The notes beneath the pieces were generated by a model. That model did not search any database. It was given only the letters and a program-made list of their open reading frames with translations, and was not told the DNA's origin. This document shows positions 9,542-18,823 of a DNA stretch of 26,481 nucleotides, piece by piece. Origin of the DNA: an uncultured Mageeibacillus sp. (GTDB lineage Bacteria > Bacillota > Clostridia > Saccharofermentanales > DTU023); the NCBI GenBank assembly GCA_964630605.1, contig CAZVVR010000001.1, forward strand, positions 1-26,481, given 5' to 3'. A program made the translations under genes and the position numbers. Each line of letters opens with the position of its first letter. The first letter of the stretch is position 1.

Positions 9542-10492
9542 CTACTCTGTTATTTGGCCGCGTGACAAAACATAATCACGATAAAGCCATACTTCTCCGG
9601 AATACATGGAATGGTGGCTGTCATTTTCTTTTTCGCCGTGATTATCAGAGCCTTGCGTAACAATTAAATCCAATTCCCGTGCCAGCTTGTAAAATAAATA
9701 GGCATGTTCCGGGCCGACCATACCGTGAAAAGCTTCGATGCCATGTAATCCAAGGGCTTTGAGATCTCTGAAAATACTGCTCAGCAGCTGAACCCCTGCC
9801 TGATCATCAACCGATGCCGGACAGAATTTGTACTCATGGGGATGCGCCAGAACTGCCACACCATTTGCTGCATTGATGGCCTCCAAGGTCTCCTGAGCCG
9901 TAAAGTGCCGCCGAGCGATATAACCGGGCTTTCCCGGTTTCAATAATTCGGCAAAAGCCTCATTATTGCTGTCAAAATGCCCATCTTTTACCAACTGGCG
10001 GGCTAAATGCATCCGGCCCCATACTGCATCTTCACTGGCTTCTTTACCAGGTCCTGAGCTGGAAAGATTATAGCCAAGATCTTTTACTTTTTTGATCATT
10101 ACCCGATTGCGCTTTTTGCGTTCTTTTTGTAATTCACCAATAAATTCATACATTTTTGCAGGCGGTTTTTCAGAAAAATAAGCAAGAATATGGATCTCAG
10201 TGTCAGCAAAACGGGTGCTGATTTCTATGCCGGCAACAAAAGCCGTAGAATTGGCGGAAATAGTTTTTTCTTTCAGCTGTCTCTCCTGCTCAGCCAAAGC
10301 CTCAGAAATCCCGCCTAAACTGTCGTGATCGGTAATGGCCAGTGCTCTGAGCTTTGCCTCCCAAGCTGCGCGAACAATCTCCGACGGTCGTTTTTTGCCA
10401 TCTGAATAATGCGAGTGCAGGTGGAAATCGACGCCACCTTCTACCGTGCTTTGATCAAGAAATTTTGCCAGTATTTTTTGTTTATCAGTCAT
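9542..10492 (-). CDS. PHP-domain metal-dependent phosphoesterase (YciV/TrpH-like)
   Basis: DFHLHSHYSDG, AITDHD, GIEIS, HILAY, VLAHP and GSDNHG metal-binding motifs. Overlaps the end of the GT2 gene by 8 nt. Confidence 0.85.
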   Translation of the reverse strand: MTDKQKILAKFLDQSTVEGGVDFHLHSHYSDGKKRPSEIVRAAWEAKLRALAITDHDSLGGISEALAEQERQLKEKTISANSTAFVAGIEISTRFADTEIHILAYFSEKPPAKMYEFIGELQKERKKRNRVMIKKVKDLGYNLSSSGPGKEASEDAVWGRMHLARQLVKDGHFDSNNEAFAELLKPGKPGYIARRHFTAQETLEAINAANGVAVLAHPHEYKFCPASVDDQAGVQLLSSIFRDLKALGLHGIEAFHGMVGPEHAYLFYKLARELDLIVTQGSDNHGEKENDSHHSMYSGEVWLYRDYVLSRGQITE

Positions 10493-11459
10493 CTTTTGCC
10501 CGGCCTTTGCGTTCGCTGATTAAATACCGCGGTCTTTGTTTTACTTCTATGTAAATACGATCGATATAAGTGCCGATTATACCCAGGCTCAGAAAAACGC
10601 CGCCTCCTATCAACAGTTGCAGCAATATAACCGTGGTAAAACCTGCCACTGCCTGTCCCCGGAAATAATTAACCAAAGTTTGAAGACCCAGAATCAAAAA
10701 GAAAAGTATAAAAATCCATCCCACTATATTTATAATCTGCAGGGGTTTAGAAGAAAATCCGGTTAACGCATTGCCGCTGAGGCGGAACAGCTTGAAAACA
10801 TTCCATTTGCTTTGTCCGCTTTTGCGTTTCTGCACTTCAAACTCAAAAGAAGTACGGCTAAAACCCAGCCAGGCTGTGAGGGCCCGGTAAAAAGTTTCTT
10901 TTTCCGGCAAGTCATTCCAGGCATCTATAACCTTACGATCAAGCAACTTGAAGTCAGAAGCATTCTTGAGCTTAAAGCCGGAAGCAAATTTGAATAGTTT
11001 ATAAAAAGTGTTGGCTGCCAGTCTGGATAATATGTTATCGTTGCGCGAGGATTTAACTCCCTCAACAATGTCGTAACCTTCCTGCCACAACTTAATCATC
11101 TGCGGTATGTATTTCGGATCATGCTGCAAATCACCGTCCATAGTAATGGCAGCATCAGCTCTTACTTCGGCCAGGCCTGCAGAAAGAGCCGCTTCTTTAC
11201 CAAAATTTCGAGACAGGCGCAGGGCATAAATTTGAGGATATTTTTCAGCATAACCGGACAAAAGTTCCCAGCTGCGATCACTTGAACCATCATCCACACA
11301 AACTATCTCATAAGGAAGATCCAGGGAATCCATAATTGGCAGCACTGTTTTCAGAGTATTACCAATTTGTTTTTCTTCATTATAAAAAGGAATCAATAAG
11401 GAAACTGTGGGTTTATCAGTTTCATCAAACCTTTCTGCAGTCTTGTCGTCTTTTAGCAT
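10485..11459 (-). CDS. GT2 glycosyltransferase, polyisoprenyl-phosphate glycosyltransferase type (GtrB/YkoT/CsbB-like)
   Basis: IPFYNEE, VDDGSSD, LSRNFGKEAAL, MDGDLQH (DxD), two C-terminal hydrophobic helices, and the ending 'IGTYIDRIYIEVKQRPRY'. Confidence 0.9.
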   Translation of the reverse strand: MLKDDKTAERFDETDKPTVSLLIPFYNEEKQIGNTLKTVLPIMDSLDLPYEIVCVDDGSSDRSWELLSGYAEKYPQIYALRLSRNFGKEAALSAGLAEVRADAAITMDGDLQHDPKYIPQMIKLWQEGYDIVEGVKSSRNDNILSRLAANTFYKLFKFASGFKLKNASDFKLLDRKVIDAWNDLPEKETFYRALTAWLGFSRTSFEFEVQKRKSGQSKWNVFKLFRLSGNALTGFSSKPLQIINIVGWIFILFFLILGLQTLVNYFRGQAVAGFTTVILLQLLIGGGVFLSLGIIGTYIDRIYIEVKQRPRYLISERKGRAKDD

Positions 11460-11646
11460 TTATCACCTAGCACATTTTTCTGTAGACACATCAAAATTAC
11501 AGCAACTATATTGCTTGCAGTAATCTGTAATTTCCACTATACAGTATAAGCGAAGTTTGATGAATTTATTGTGTTGTTTGAATATAATTTTTCATTTTTA
11601 CTGTGAAAAAAGCTGAGCTCGGCCAATCAGTAATCTTTCCAGAATT

Positions 11647-13602
11647 TTATTCGGTACCGGTAGGCTCAGACGGTGAAGTTTCAGCTGTCGTCGGAGCCGG
11701 AGTAGTGGTGGTTGTGGTTTCCGTTGTCGGACTTGTTTCCGGTACGCTTTCGGTTGGAGGCAGGCTGGGTCCGTGCTCTATTCTGCGCGCAACGCTGGGA
11801 TAACGGCTGTAGGTTAGATATTGACGGTCAAATTCGACTCCGTTTTTATAATAAACTTTGTAGGTTTCCCACGTCGACCCAACAACCGGTTCCAGGGTTT
11901 GCTTTGATTCACCCGCTTCAATTTCTGTGTTCAATACATGCTGAGTTGATTCTATAGGCGCCAGATCTCCGGTCTTGACGGAAGCTAATTCTATAGTCAC
12001 ACCTTCGGGTAAAGGCTGGCCGTAAATTTTATACACCAGGTAATTGCCTTGTGTTTCAGCCACTACAGCTAAAGGGTAGTCCGTATTATTGCGGAATTTA
12101 AAGTCAAAGCTGCCGCCGTAAATCATTGCATCCTGACCATATTGATAGTAAGGGCTTCTCATGCCGTGGTTGTGTCTTTCCACAATTTCCAGATCGGCTT
12201 TGGCTACAGCCTGAAATAAAGTAGTGCTGGGCTGGCAGAGGCCACCTCCAATAACGTCGATATAGGTGCCACCTACAATGGCACTGCCGGCCTTAAATCC
12301 GGTTGCAGTTGTTATGGGACCGAGTGCTGTCATATAAGAATATGTTTCACCGGGTTGAACCACGTCACCGGTCATTTTTTCAGCAGCTACAATCAAATTG
12401 TAATTACGATCCACCTGCCAGGATCCATATATAGGAGTACTAGCCTGAGCAACAAAACCTGTATTGTTGTGGATCATGGCGGCTGTTAATTCCGGCTGCT
12501 TTTCTTCCAGCTGCAGATGTATTTCTCCTTGAAACTCCTTGTCTTGCAACAGTTGGTTTATATCAGTTATAGCAGCTGAAATATCAGCATTTAACCCGAC
12601 TGTACCGTCTTCTACCTGAAAACGAAGTGTTACGGGATCAAAACCGGTTGCTTTGGCTTCTGTAAACACGGGAAGTACTGCAGACAATTTCTGCTGCAAG
12701 GAATGCTTTATAACTGCTAAGTCAAAAAATCCGTCCAGGTCAATATGTAACGGATCTTTTTCCAGGGCAGAAATAACCTGATAGCGTAGAACATCATCCA
12801 GTTCATCAACATAATGCTCGTCTGAGCGACCAATTGACCAGGCTTTCTCCAGGGCAGAAAAGGTATCGTAATTATAGCCGAGATCATCTGCAGACAAAGT
12901 GAAACTGTCGCTGTTGGCCCAGACTGTAATTTCAATTTTTTGCCGTAATCTTTCAGTTTCTTCGGCTAAGGCCATGGTTGCCTCTTCAGCAGAAAGGCCT
13001 GAAAGATCGACATCTGCTATGTATATGCCGGGAAAGACAATTTCTTCCGACAGCGCTAACTTTGCTTCCTGATACTCTGCCGGGGTCCAGGCTTCTTCTT
13101 TGACCGGAGTTGTTGAACTGGGCTTAGTCTGTATAACGGGTTTAGCAGGAGAACGATTAAGCAAGCTGCCTGCAGCAAAAGTAATAAGCACTGCAACAAG
13201 AAGAACTATTGCTGTTATAAGTAAAACCTGCTGGCGTTTTTTCTCACTGGCACTGGCTTCTTCTTCAAAGTTCCTGCGTCCGGAGGATTGTTGAGACAAC
13301 TCAGCCTGGGCTCTTGCCCTGGCAATAGCTGCTTCTTTTCTGCCGGCTGCGGCGGGATCGGTGTTTTGCTGTTTTACTCTGATTTCCCGGGCTTTACCGG
13401 CCATGTCATTTTTAGATTCAAGAGCTTCTTCCGCATTCAAAAAATCGGCGCGAAAATTCTTGCCGGTATATTGGAGTTTTTCCGGGTACTGAGCCTGCTC
13501 AGAAGATTTTATTTGCGAATGGCGAAGTTTTGGTGCCATGCGACGTTGGTGCGGCTGAGTCTTATCGCCTTTATGATTATCAGGACGATTCTGAGTTGTC
13601 AT
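11647..13602 (-). CDS. Membrane-anchored VanW-family protein (peptidoglycan-binding-like middle region, G5-like C-terminus, P/T-rich tail)
   Basis: Charged N-terminal region, one TM (VLLITAIVLLVAVLITFAAG), VanW motifs GGGLCQPSTTLFQA, ERHNH, GQDAMI, DFKFRNNT, and a C-terminal PTTETTTTTTPAPTT tail. Confidence 0.85.
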   Translation of the reverse strand: MTTQNRPDNHKGDKTQPHQRRMAPKLRHSQIKSSEQAQYPEKLQYTGKNFRADFLNAEEALESKNDMAGKAREIRVKQQNTDPAAAGRKEAAIARARAQAELSQQSSGRRNFEEEASASEKKRQQVLLITAIVLLVAVLITFAAGSLLNRSPAKPVIQTKPSSTTPVKEEAWTPAEYQEAKLALSEEIVFPGIYIADVDLSGLSAEEATMALAEETERLRQKIEITVWANSDSFTLSADDLGYNYDTFSALEKAWSIGRSDEHYVDELDDVLRYQVISALEKDPLHIDLDGFFDLAVIKHSLQQKLSAVLPVFTEAKATGFDPVTLRFQVEDGTVGLNADISAAITDINQLLQDKEFQGEIHLQLEEKQPELTAAMIHNNTGFVAQASTPIYGSWQVDRNYNLIVAAEKMTGDVVQPGETYSYMTALGPITTATGFKAGSAIVGGTYIDVIGGGLCQPSTTLFQAVAKADLEIVERHNHGMRSPYYQYGQDAMIYGGSFDFKFRNNTDYPLAVVAETQGNYLVYKIYGQPLPEGVTIELASVKTGDLAPIESTQHVLNTEIEAGESKQTLEPVVGSTWETYKVYYKNGVEFDRQYLTYSRYPSVARRIEHGPSLPPTESVPETSPTTETTTTTTPAPTTAETSPSEPTGTE

Positions 13603-13617
13603 ACAATATTTTCTCCG

Positions 13618-13661
13618 TAAAAACGAATGGACGCATTCTGTCCGAGCGCGCCCATCCGTTT
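13618..13661 (-). terminator. Probable intrinsic terminator after the NlpC/P60 gene
   Basis: Minus strand AAACGGATGGGCGC-13 nt-GCGTCCATTCGTTT forms a 14-bp stem with two G-U pairs, ending in a TTTT run. Confidence 0.6.
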
Positions 13662-13678
13662 ACTAATTTCAATTAATC

Positions 13679-15724
13679 TTAATCAAATACGCGCATAGCC
13701 AGTCTAACAGGTGAATAATGGTTATACAATGATACAACCTTCACTAAATGACCCGGTGCTTGCGCATGTACCATTTGTCCATTGCCCAAATAAATTCCAA
13801 CATGTGTGTAGTTATCGTTAGGAGCGCTGCCATAGCGATTAAAGAAGAGCAGATCTCCCGGCAGTAATGTAGCTTCGTAATTAGAATTTGAAAAAGATAC
13901 TGCGTAACCGGCGCCACGGGCCTGACTGTTAGAGCCATGGGACAAGTTGATACCCAATTGGCCGTACGTATATTTCACTAAACCGGAACAGTCCACACCA
14001 TAGATGGAAGCACCACCATAAACATAGGGGACGCCCACCAATGATCGTGCAATATCTGCTGCCTGCTGGCCTCGAGTGGATACTTGTGGCGGCGCAGGAT
14101 CAGCTGTACTGATCTCTTGCGTCTGGAAAAGACTGCTGTGCAGGTAACCTATCTGGCCGCCGGCGGTCTTAATTTTAGTCCAGGTATCGTTAGCAGCTAT
14201 TCTGTCTACCGCATCAGCATAAGACAATGTTCCCACAATCGACGATGAGGTACTTGGTTCTGCGCGCAAATTGGCTGCAGACACCTTGACATAAACCTTG
14301 CCGCTCACTTCCGTAAAGGGATTAGACGGAGCTTCAGTAGGAGCGGGAGTTGTCGCTGCCGGCGGATCGCTGGGGTTTGTTGTTGGATTTGTTGTTGAAT
14401 TTGTGGGCGGAGGAGCTGTTTCTACAGGAGTCGGTGCTATTCCGGTCAAAAATTCATTCAGGACAAATCCTTCGACACCAGCTGCTGTTCTGATTCTGGA
14501 CCAGCTGCCGTCAGTTTCAATCTGAAGAATTTTTTCATCTTGCCGAACCTGACCGACTACTTCACTGTCTGTAGAGGCAGTGGCACGGATATTACTTACA
14601 GAAACTGTTATATATTGATTTCGGTTGGTAGTTGCAAAAGGTGTGACCGGCGCGGTCTCTCGCAAAAGGTCGTTGCGTACATATCCTTGCAGGCCGTCTG
14701 AACTTTCAATCTTGGACCAGCTGCCATCTGTAGATATCTGTACTATTTTGTCATCCATGGCCAAGGCTGTAATTTTTTCAGAATCAACTGTGGGCTTTTC
14801 GCGCATATAAACAACGTCGTAATTAATATATCTAACTGCGTTGGTTTCAACGCTTTCTCTTAATTGTTCAACTTTTCGTGTTCCGAAAAGCTCATTCAGC
14901 ATATAGCCGCGAAGACCTGTTTCGGTTCTGATCATGGACCATTCGGCACCGGCTTCAACCACTGTCAAACGCGTACCTTTAAATCCAAAACCAATAATAT
15001 CGTAATCAGTTCCCGCTCCGGAACGTATATAAGCCTGACCGACCTGAACATACATATCCATACCGGGTACAATTGCATCAGAAAGTACTGAAGAAAGCAG
15101 GTCCTGGTGCACATAGCCCCTGAGGCCGTCTGCAGTCAGAATTTCTATGAAATCCGCTTTCTGACCTAACTTTTCCAGTTTCTGGTTAAAAGCAACCTGG
15201 CCTATTATCTCGGAATCTGTTGAGGCCTCTTCACGCACGTTAACGGTGCTGCTTGCCACATACAGATATTCCTTAACTGAAATTCCTGCAGTCGTCTCTG
15301 GTTCCAGCACAACTGCTTCCGGCGCGGCCGGCAGAGAGAATGCTTCAGCTTCAGCTTCAGTTTCAGCGGTAGTATCGATTTCGGTCTCGGTGGTACTTGC
15401 TTCGGTTTCCTGAACTTCTTCAATTTCCGGCAAAGCACCCATATCCCGCTGAATCCGTGCGATATTTTCTTTTACCTCAATTGGATTCTCATTGCGAAAT
15501 TGTTCATCAGATACTGATCTTGAGTCGGTAATAATTTTTACAACAAAAACTGAGACCAGCAAAGCAAAAGCGATAACGGGCACTGCTACTGAGGCCCATT
15601 TTCCTATACTGAAGTTTGCTGAAAAAATGCTACGCAACTTGCGGCGAGAAAACCGGGAAGGTCGTTTCTTTTTCAAATCGTACGTTTCAAAGGGATCTTC
15701 TTTATGTCTATGATGTAAAGCCAT
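13679..15724 (-). CDS. NlpC/P60 peptidoglycan endopeptidase with five SH3b domains and an N-terminal membrane segment
   Basis: C-terminal PYVYGG..VDCSGL..HVGIYLGNGQMVHA (Cys/His catalytic motifs). Five repeats of type N-[VIL]-R..[ST]..I..W..I....G..GY. P/T linker before the fifth repeat. Start placed at ATG 15724 (SD GAGGT); the track extends to 15772. Confidence 0.92.
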   Translation of the reverse strand: MALHHRHKEDPFETYDLKKKRPSRFSRRKLRSIFSANFSIGKWASVAVPVIAFALLVSVFVVKIITDSRSVSDEQFRNENPIEVKENIARIQRDMGALPEIEEVQETEASTTETEIDTTAETEAEAEAFSLPAAPEAVVLEPETTAGISVKEYLYVASSTVNVREEASTDSEIIGQVAFNQKLEKLGQKADFIEILTADGLRGYVHQDLLSSVLSDAIVPGMDMYVQVGQAYIRSGAGTDYDIIGFGFKGTRLTVVEAGAEWSMIRTETGLRGYMLNELFGTRKVEQLRESVETNAVRYINYDVVYMREKPTVDSEKITALAMDDKIVQISTDGSWSKIESSDGLQGYVRNDLLRETAPVTPFATTNRNQYITVSVSNIRATASTDSEVVGQVRQDEKILQIETDGSWSRIRTAAGVEGFVLNEFLTGIAPTPVETAPPPTNSTTNPTTNPSDPPAATTPAPTEAPSNPFTEVSGKVYVKVSAANLRAEPSTSSSIVGTLSYADAVDRIAANDTWTKIKTAGGQIGYLHSSLFQTQEISTADPAPPQVSTRGQQAADIARSLVGVPYVYGGASIYGVDCSGLVKYTYGQLGINLSHGSNSQARGAGYAVSFSNSNYEATLLPGDLLFFNRYGSAPNDNYTHVGIYLGNGQMVHAQAPGHLVKVVSLYNHYSPVRLAMRVFD

Positions 15725-16104
15725 CTGAACCTCAAATCCATTAGCAGAAAGGCGATAAATATTGTGCAGCAATTATAAATACTGCCTCCGCTATTCGCTA
15801 TCGGTTTTCAAAAGTATAGCAGTTATAAGATTCTGCTGCAATTAAAAGGCCTCTATATTTCATTACAAGTTAGTTTCAATCTGGTCAAATGCTAACTTTT
15901 AGTATTAAACCGACAAATTATTCTATAAATAACAAAAATTCCGGAAGCTGATTCAAGGTTCCGAAATTTCTCTTCTTTTTTCTTCCAGGTCAGTATATAG
16001 CTTAAAAGTTTTTTGTTTTTAGACTAATTTCGTCTTCTGAACTTTGCCAGTTACTATAACCCGACTTACTGTAATTTACCGACGGAAAATTAAAATGAAA
16101 TTGT

Positions 16105-17142
16105 CTAAAGTTTGGCTTTTGGCAAACTAACACCAAAAACCCGCTCAAGATTCGCCTTGGGGCCAATATCATCCGGAAAAAATTGAGCTGCCTGGTACAT
16201 ATAAAGGGCAGGAATTTCATTACCTTCAATAACCACCGGACCGTCAGCAGTCACGGTGATGTCCCAGCCGGCATAGGCTTGTTCGGGCACTACCAAAGCC
16301 AGCTCACGGGCATAATCCAGAACCTGATCGAAAAAGGGAATTTGAAAACCGACGAATTCAGTTCCCGTAATCGGATGACGGTCAACAAAACGCCGGCAGG
16401 GTTTAAAGCTGATGCAGGGATAAAGCAAAATTCCGTCGTCTGAAATCATGGTATAACCACCACCGCGGCTTACATTGTCCACCACCGGGTCAGACATGGA
16501 AGTGCGCAGACGATTATATAAAATTTCAACACTGCCGTCAGCCTGCAAAACCGTCCCTATACGCAGTGTGCACAAAGCTGCCGGGGAAATCGGCAGCAAG
16601 TCTTTGTGCAGAATTATTTCTTCTTCCAGCACTGTCTGCTCTTTATCCAGCAAAATACGATAAAGCTGAGCCAGGTCAGTTTCTGCATTCGTTTTTATCT
16701 TGTCGACCCCTTCGCCGCCATGTCCGCGGGGGATTTTTGCAAAAAAAACAGGATGCCGCTGCACAAATTCCTGAAAAGCTTGCTGGGAACTTTCTTGCAA
16801 GTCCAGATGATCCCGGCGCAAAAACTGTGAGAAACGCCGGTTGAATTCTGCTTTGTCGCTGAAAATAGCCTGCGATTCCGCTGTCGAGCTGCTGCGGATC
16901 AATAGCCGGTTGTCGATATATTCCGATCCAAAAGTTGCTCGCAGCTCCGGATCTGTAATGCGATCGAACTCGTACAGCGAATACTCGGCCCAAGTATAAC
17001 CACCGCGTTTGTACATGCGTGTTTGGTCCCGGAGCAGATCAAAAAATCCACGTCCGGAATCTTTACTCAGCTGTCTGGTAGATTTTAACAGTGTACTCCA
17101 GTCAGCAGTAAAGATTTTTGCAATTTTAGAAAAAACATTCAC
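16105..17142 (-). CDS. ATP-grasp protein (resembles the sugar-transfer-associated / alpha-L-glutamate ligase-like ATP-grasp family)
   Basis: DKAEFNRRF, FAKIPRGHGGEGV, LEEEI, CTLRIGT, VVDNVSRGG, HPITG, GWDITVTADGPVVIEGN. Start placed at GTG 17142 (SD GGAAGGT); the track start 17187 is also possible. Confidence 0.8.
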   Translation of the reverse strand: MNVFSKIAKIFTADWSTLLKSTRQLSKDSGRGFFDLLRDQTRMYKRGGYTWAEYSLYEFDRITDPELRATFGSEYIDNRLLIRSSSTAESQAIFSDKAEFNRRFSQFLRRDHLDLQESSQQAFQEFVQRHPVFFAKIPRGHGGEGVDKIKTNAETDLAQLYRILLDKEQTVLEEEIILHKDLLPISPAALCTLRIGTVLQADGSVEILYNRLRTSMSDPVVDNVSRGGGYTMISDDGILLYPCISFKPCRRFVDRHPITGTEFVGFQIPFFDQVLDYARELALVVPEQAYAGWDITVTADGPVVIEGNEIPALYMYQAAQFFPDDIGPKANLERVFGVSLPKAKL

Positions 17143-17189
17143 GATTACGACCTTCCGTAAATTATGATAATTTTCGCCTGTTTGCACTT

Positions 17190-18758
17190 TCAGATATCAG
17201 AAAGTAATTCTAGCACAAGAAAGCAGATGGCGAGAAGATCAGCTGCCCCGCCGGGGCTGTATCCGTTTTTCTTAAAATAATCATCCCATTGTTCGATATA
17301 GGAAATTACAGAAGATTCCCGGCCGGCTATATTGTCCAGGCAGTCAGCGGTTAGCACATCAGCCGCCATGAGTTTCGGCTTGCCGGTGACCTGATCGCCG
17401 GAACTGCAATTAATCTGCAATTGTTCTGGGCAATAGTTCTCTGACTGTGACAGTTTTTCAAAAAATTCCACCAGCTGTTTTTGAATTAATCTTGTCCGGT
17501 ACAGGCCGGCACGGTTAATCAAATTTGTATCATCCGTTGCGGCCAGCAAAAGCAGCAGTGTTATTGCAGCAGCTTCGTTTTTCGCCAGCTTTCTCCGGCA
17601 CAATCCGCGGTAAAAAGGCAAAGACAACTGAAAAACGGTTGCAAGCCCTGAGGCAGCTTCACCGCGCACACCTGATATGCCATAAAGCCTTTGGATTCTA
17701 TTTCCTGCTGTTTCCTGTCCTGCAGGTAAAGCAGCTTGAATCTTGTGCAAGGCTTCCGTCCAGCGGCTTATTTCTTTCTGCCACAGCTCAGTCACAGAAT
17801 GCTCGCTTTCTTTTTTAAATTTAAAAGCAAAAACCTGTGGTTCCAACGCCAGAGATGCCGCTGCTGCCAGCACTATGCCTGCCAGATAAATAAACCCTTT
17901 TTGCGTGTTGACACCGTGGCTGGCGGCGAACATCAGGCGCTCGGCCCTCATCCCCTCAAAGTGCAGTCTGGAAACTATTTCAACAAAATCTGCTGCTTCC
18001 TTTTTTGCTGCTGCAGTTTCAGCAGCCGAATTTCTGCGCAGAGCTTCTGCCAGTCCGCAGCCGGCAGCTGACCAAAAATAGCCGGCGAGTGCGGCTGTGC
18101 TGTCAGCATAAGTAAACCGATCCATATCAGTGTGTGAACCCGCATCAGTTCCGGTCACCAAGCCCGGTTTGGGAGCTACCAGCAGTTCAGAGAAAGCTGC
18201 TGCCAGGGCTGAAGACTGCATACGTTCAGGCAAAAGCTGCCGCAGCCCGTCTGCCTGAAACTGTTGGATTTTATTCTGCAGTTCAATGATCGAATGCCGC
18301 CGGGATCGGCTGCAGACATGTGCCTGTTCTGAGCAGATAAGGCAGGAACGCTCCGGCAAATCCAGGTCAGACCGCGAAAGCTGCCGGCCATCTGACAGGT
18401 AAAGGTCCAGATCCAGCGCCCGACTCCAGGCAAATTCTGCTTCCAAAAGCATGGCAGTTTTTTTTAAAGCAACCGGATTGGTTTCGGCAGAAAAAACAAA
18501 AAAATATGAATCACCGGCAGGATCAGCCAAAGCCTCTTCCCCGCTTATACAAAAATTCTGCCCTTGCAGCTGCTTGCGCAAATAAGAGCAGTATTCTCGC
18601 AAAAAGGCACGTGACAGTTTCGTCGTTTTTACTGTACCCGGCATTAGGAGTGTAACGCTCAACAGACACTTTCCTTTTTCTGCAAGAAGTTTTTTACGCT
18701 TTGCTGAACGGCGGTCACGGGCTTGAAGAACAGCTGTCAAATCTACTGTCCCGGCCAC
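17190..18758 (-). CDS. citXG: Fused CitX (apo-ACP phosphoribosyl-dephospho-CoA transferase) - CitG (triphosphoribosyl-dephospho-CoA synthase)
   Basis: CitX half: LQARDRR, MPGTVK, RALDLDL, SRSDLDLPERSCLIC...CSRSRRH. CitG half: PKPGLV, GSHTDM, NTQKG, GVRGEA, DDTNL, SPGGAADLL. Start placed at GTG 18758 (SD GGTGGG); the track uses TTG 18788. Confidence 0.9.
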   Translation of the reverse strand: MAGTVDLTAVLQARDRRSAKRKKLLAEKGKCLLSVTLLMPGTVKTTKLSRAFLREYCSYLRKQLQGQNFCISGEEALADPAGDSYFFVFSAETNPVALKKTAMLLEAEFAWSRALDLDLYLSDGRQLSRSDLDLPERSCLICSEQAHVCSRSRRHSIIELQNKIQQFQADGLRQLLPERMQSSALAAAFSELLVAPKPGLVTGTDAGSHTDMDRFTYADSTAALAGYFWSAAGCGLAEALRRNSAAETAAAKKEAADFVEIVSRLHFEGMRAERLMFAASHGVNTQKGFIYLAGIVLAAAASLALEPQVFAFKFKKESEHSVTELWQKEISRWTEALHKIQAALPAGQETAGNRIQRLYGISGVRGEAASGLATVFQLSLPFYRGLCRRKLAKNEAAAITLLLLLAATDDTNLINRAGLYRTRLIQKQLVEFFEKLSQSENYCPEQLQINCSSGDQVTGKPKLMAADVLTADCLDNIAGRESSVISYIEQWDDYFKKNGYSPGGAADLLAICFLVLELLSDI

Positions 18759-18823
18759 GTTATACCCACCAATCTGACTGCGCAGCAAGCTTGCTTTCTC
18801 TTGTTTGCTTTCAGCATCTGAAG

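Noticed and set aside
11647-13602. Vancomycin resistance implied by the VanW domain
   Set aside because: No vanH/A/B/X/R/S genes are present. Stand-alone VanW-domain proteins are common in Clostridia.
15335-15370. (TCAGCT)n short tandem repeat
   Set aside because: It encodes the EAEAEA low-complexity spacer in frame; it is neither a CRISPR array nor an obvious phase-variable tract.
16019-16050. GGCAAA...GAC...GTCTAA words reminiscent of a c-di-GMP-I riboswitch upstream of the NlpC/P60 gene
   Set aside because: The spacing is too short and the GNRA-capped stem is absent. An Rfam/Infernal scan would settle it. No c-di-AMP (ydaO) consensus was seen either.
16002-16229. 75-aa minus-strand ORF after the ATP-grasp gene
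   Set aside because: It overlaps the ATP-grasp 3' end in another frame and extends into AT-rich intergenic DNA; no motif or SD.
18784-18795. Perfect 12-bp palindrome AGCAAGCTTGCT before citXG
   Set aside because: A single loop-less occurrence with no recognised operator match; plausible by chance in 26 kb.
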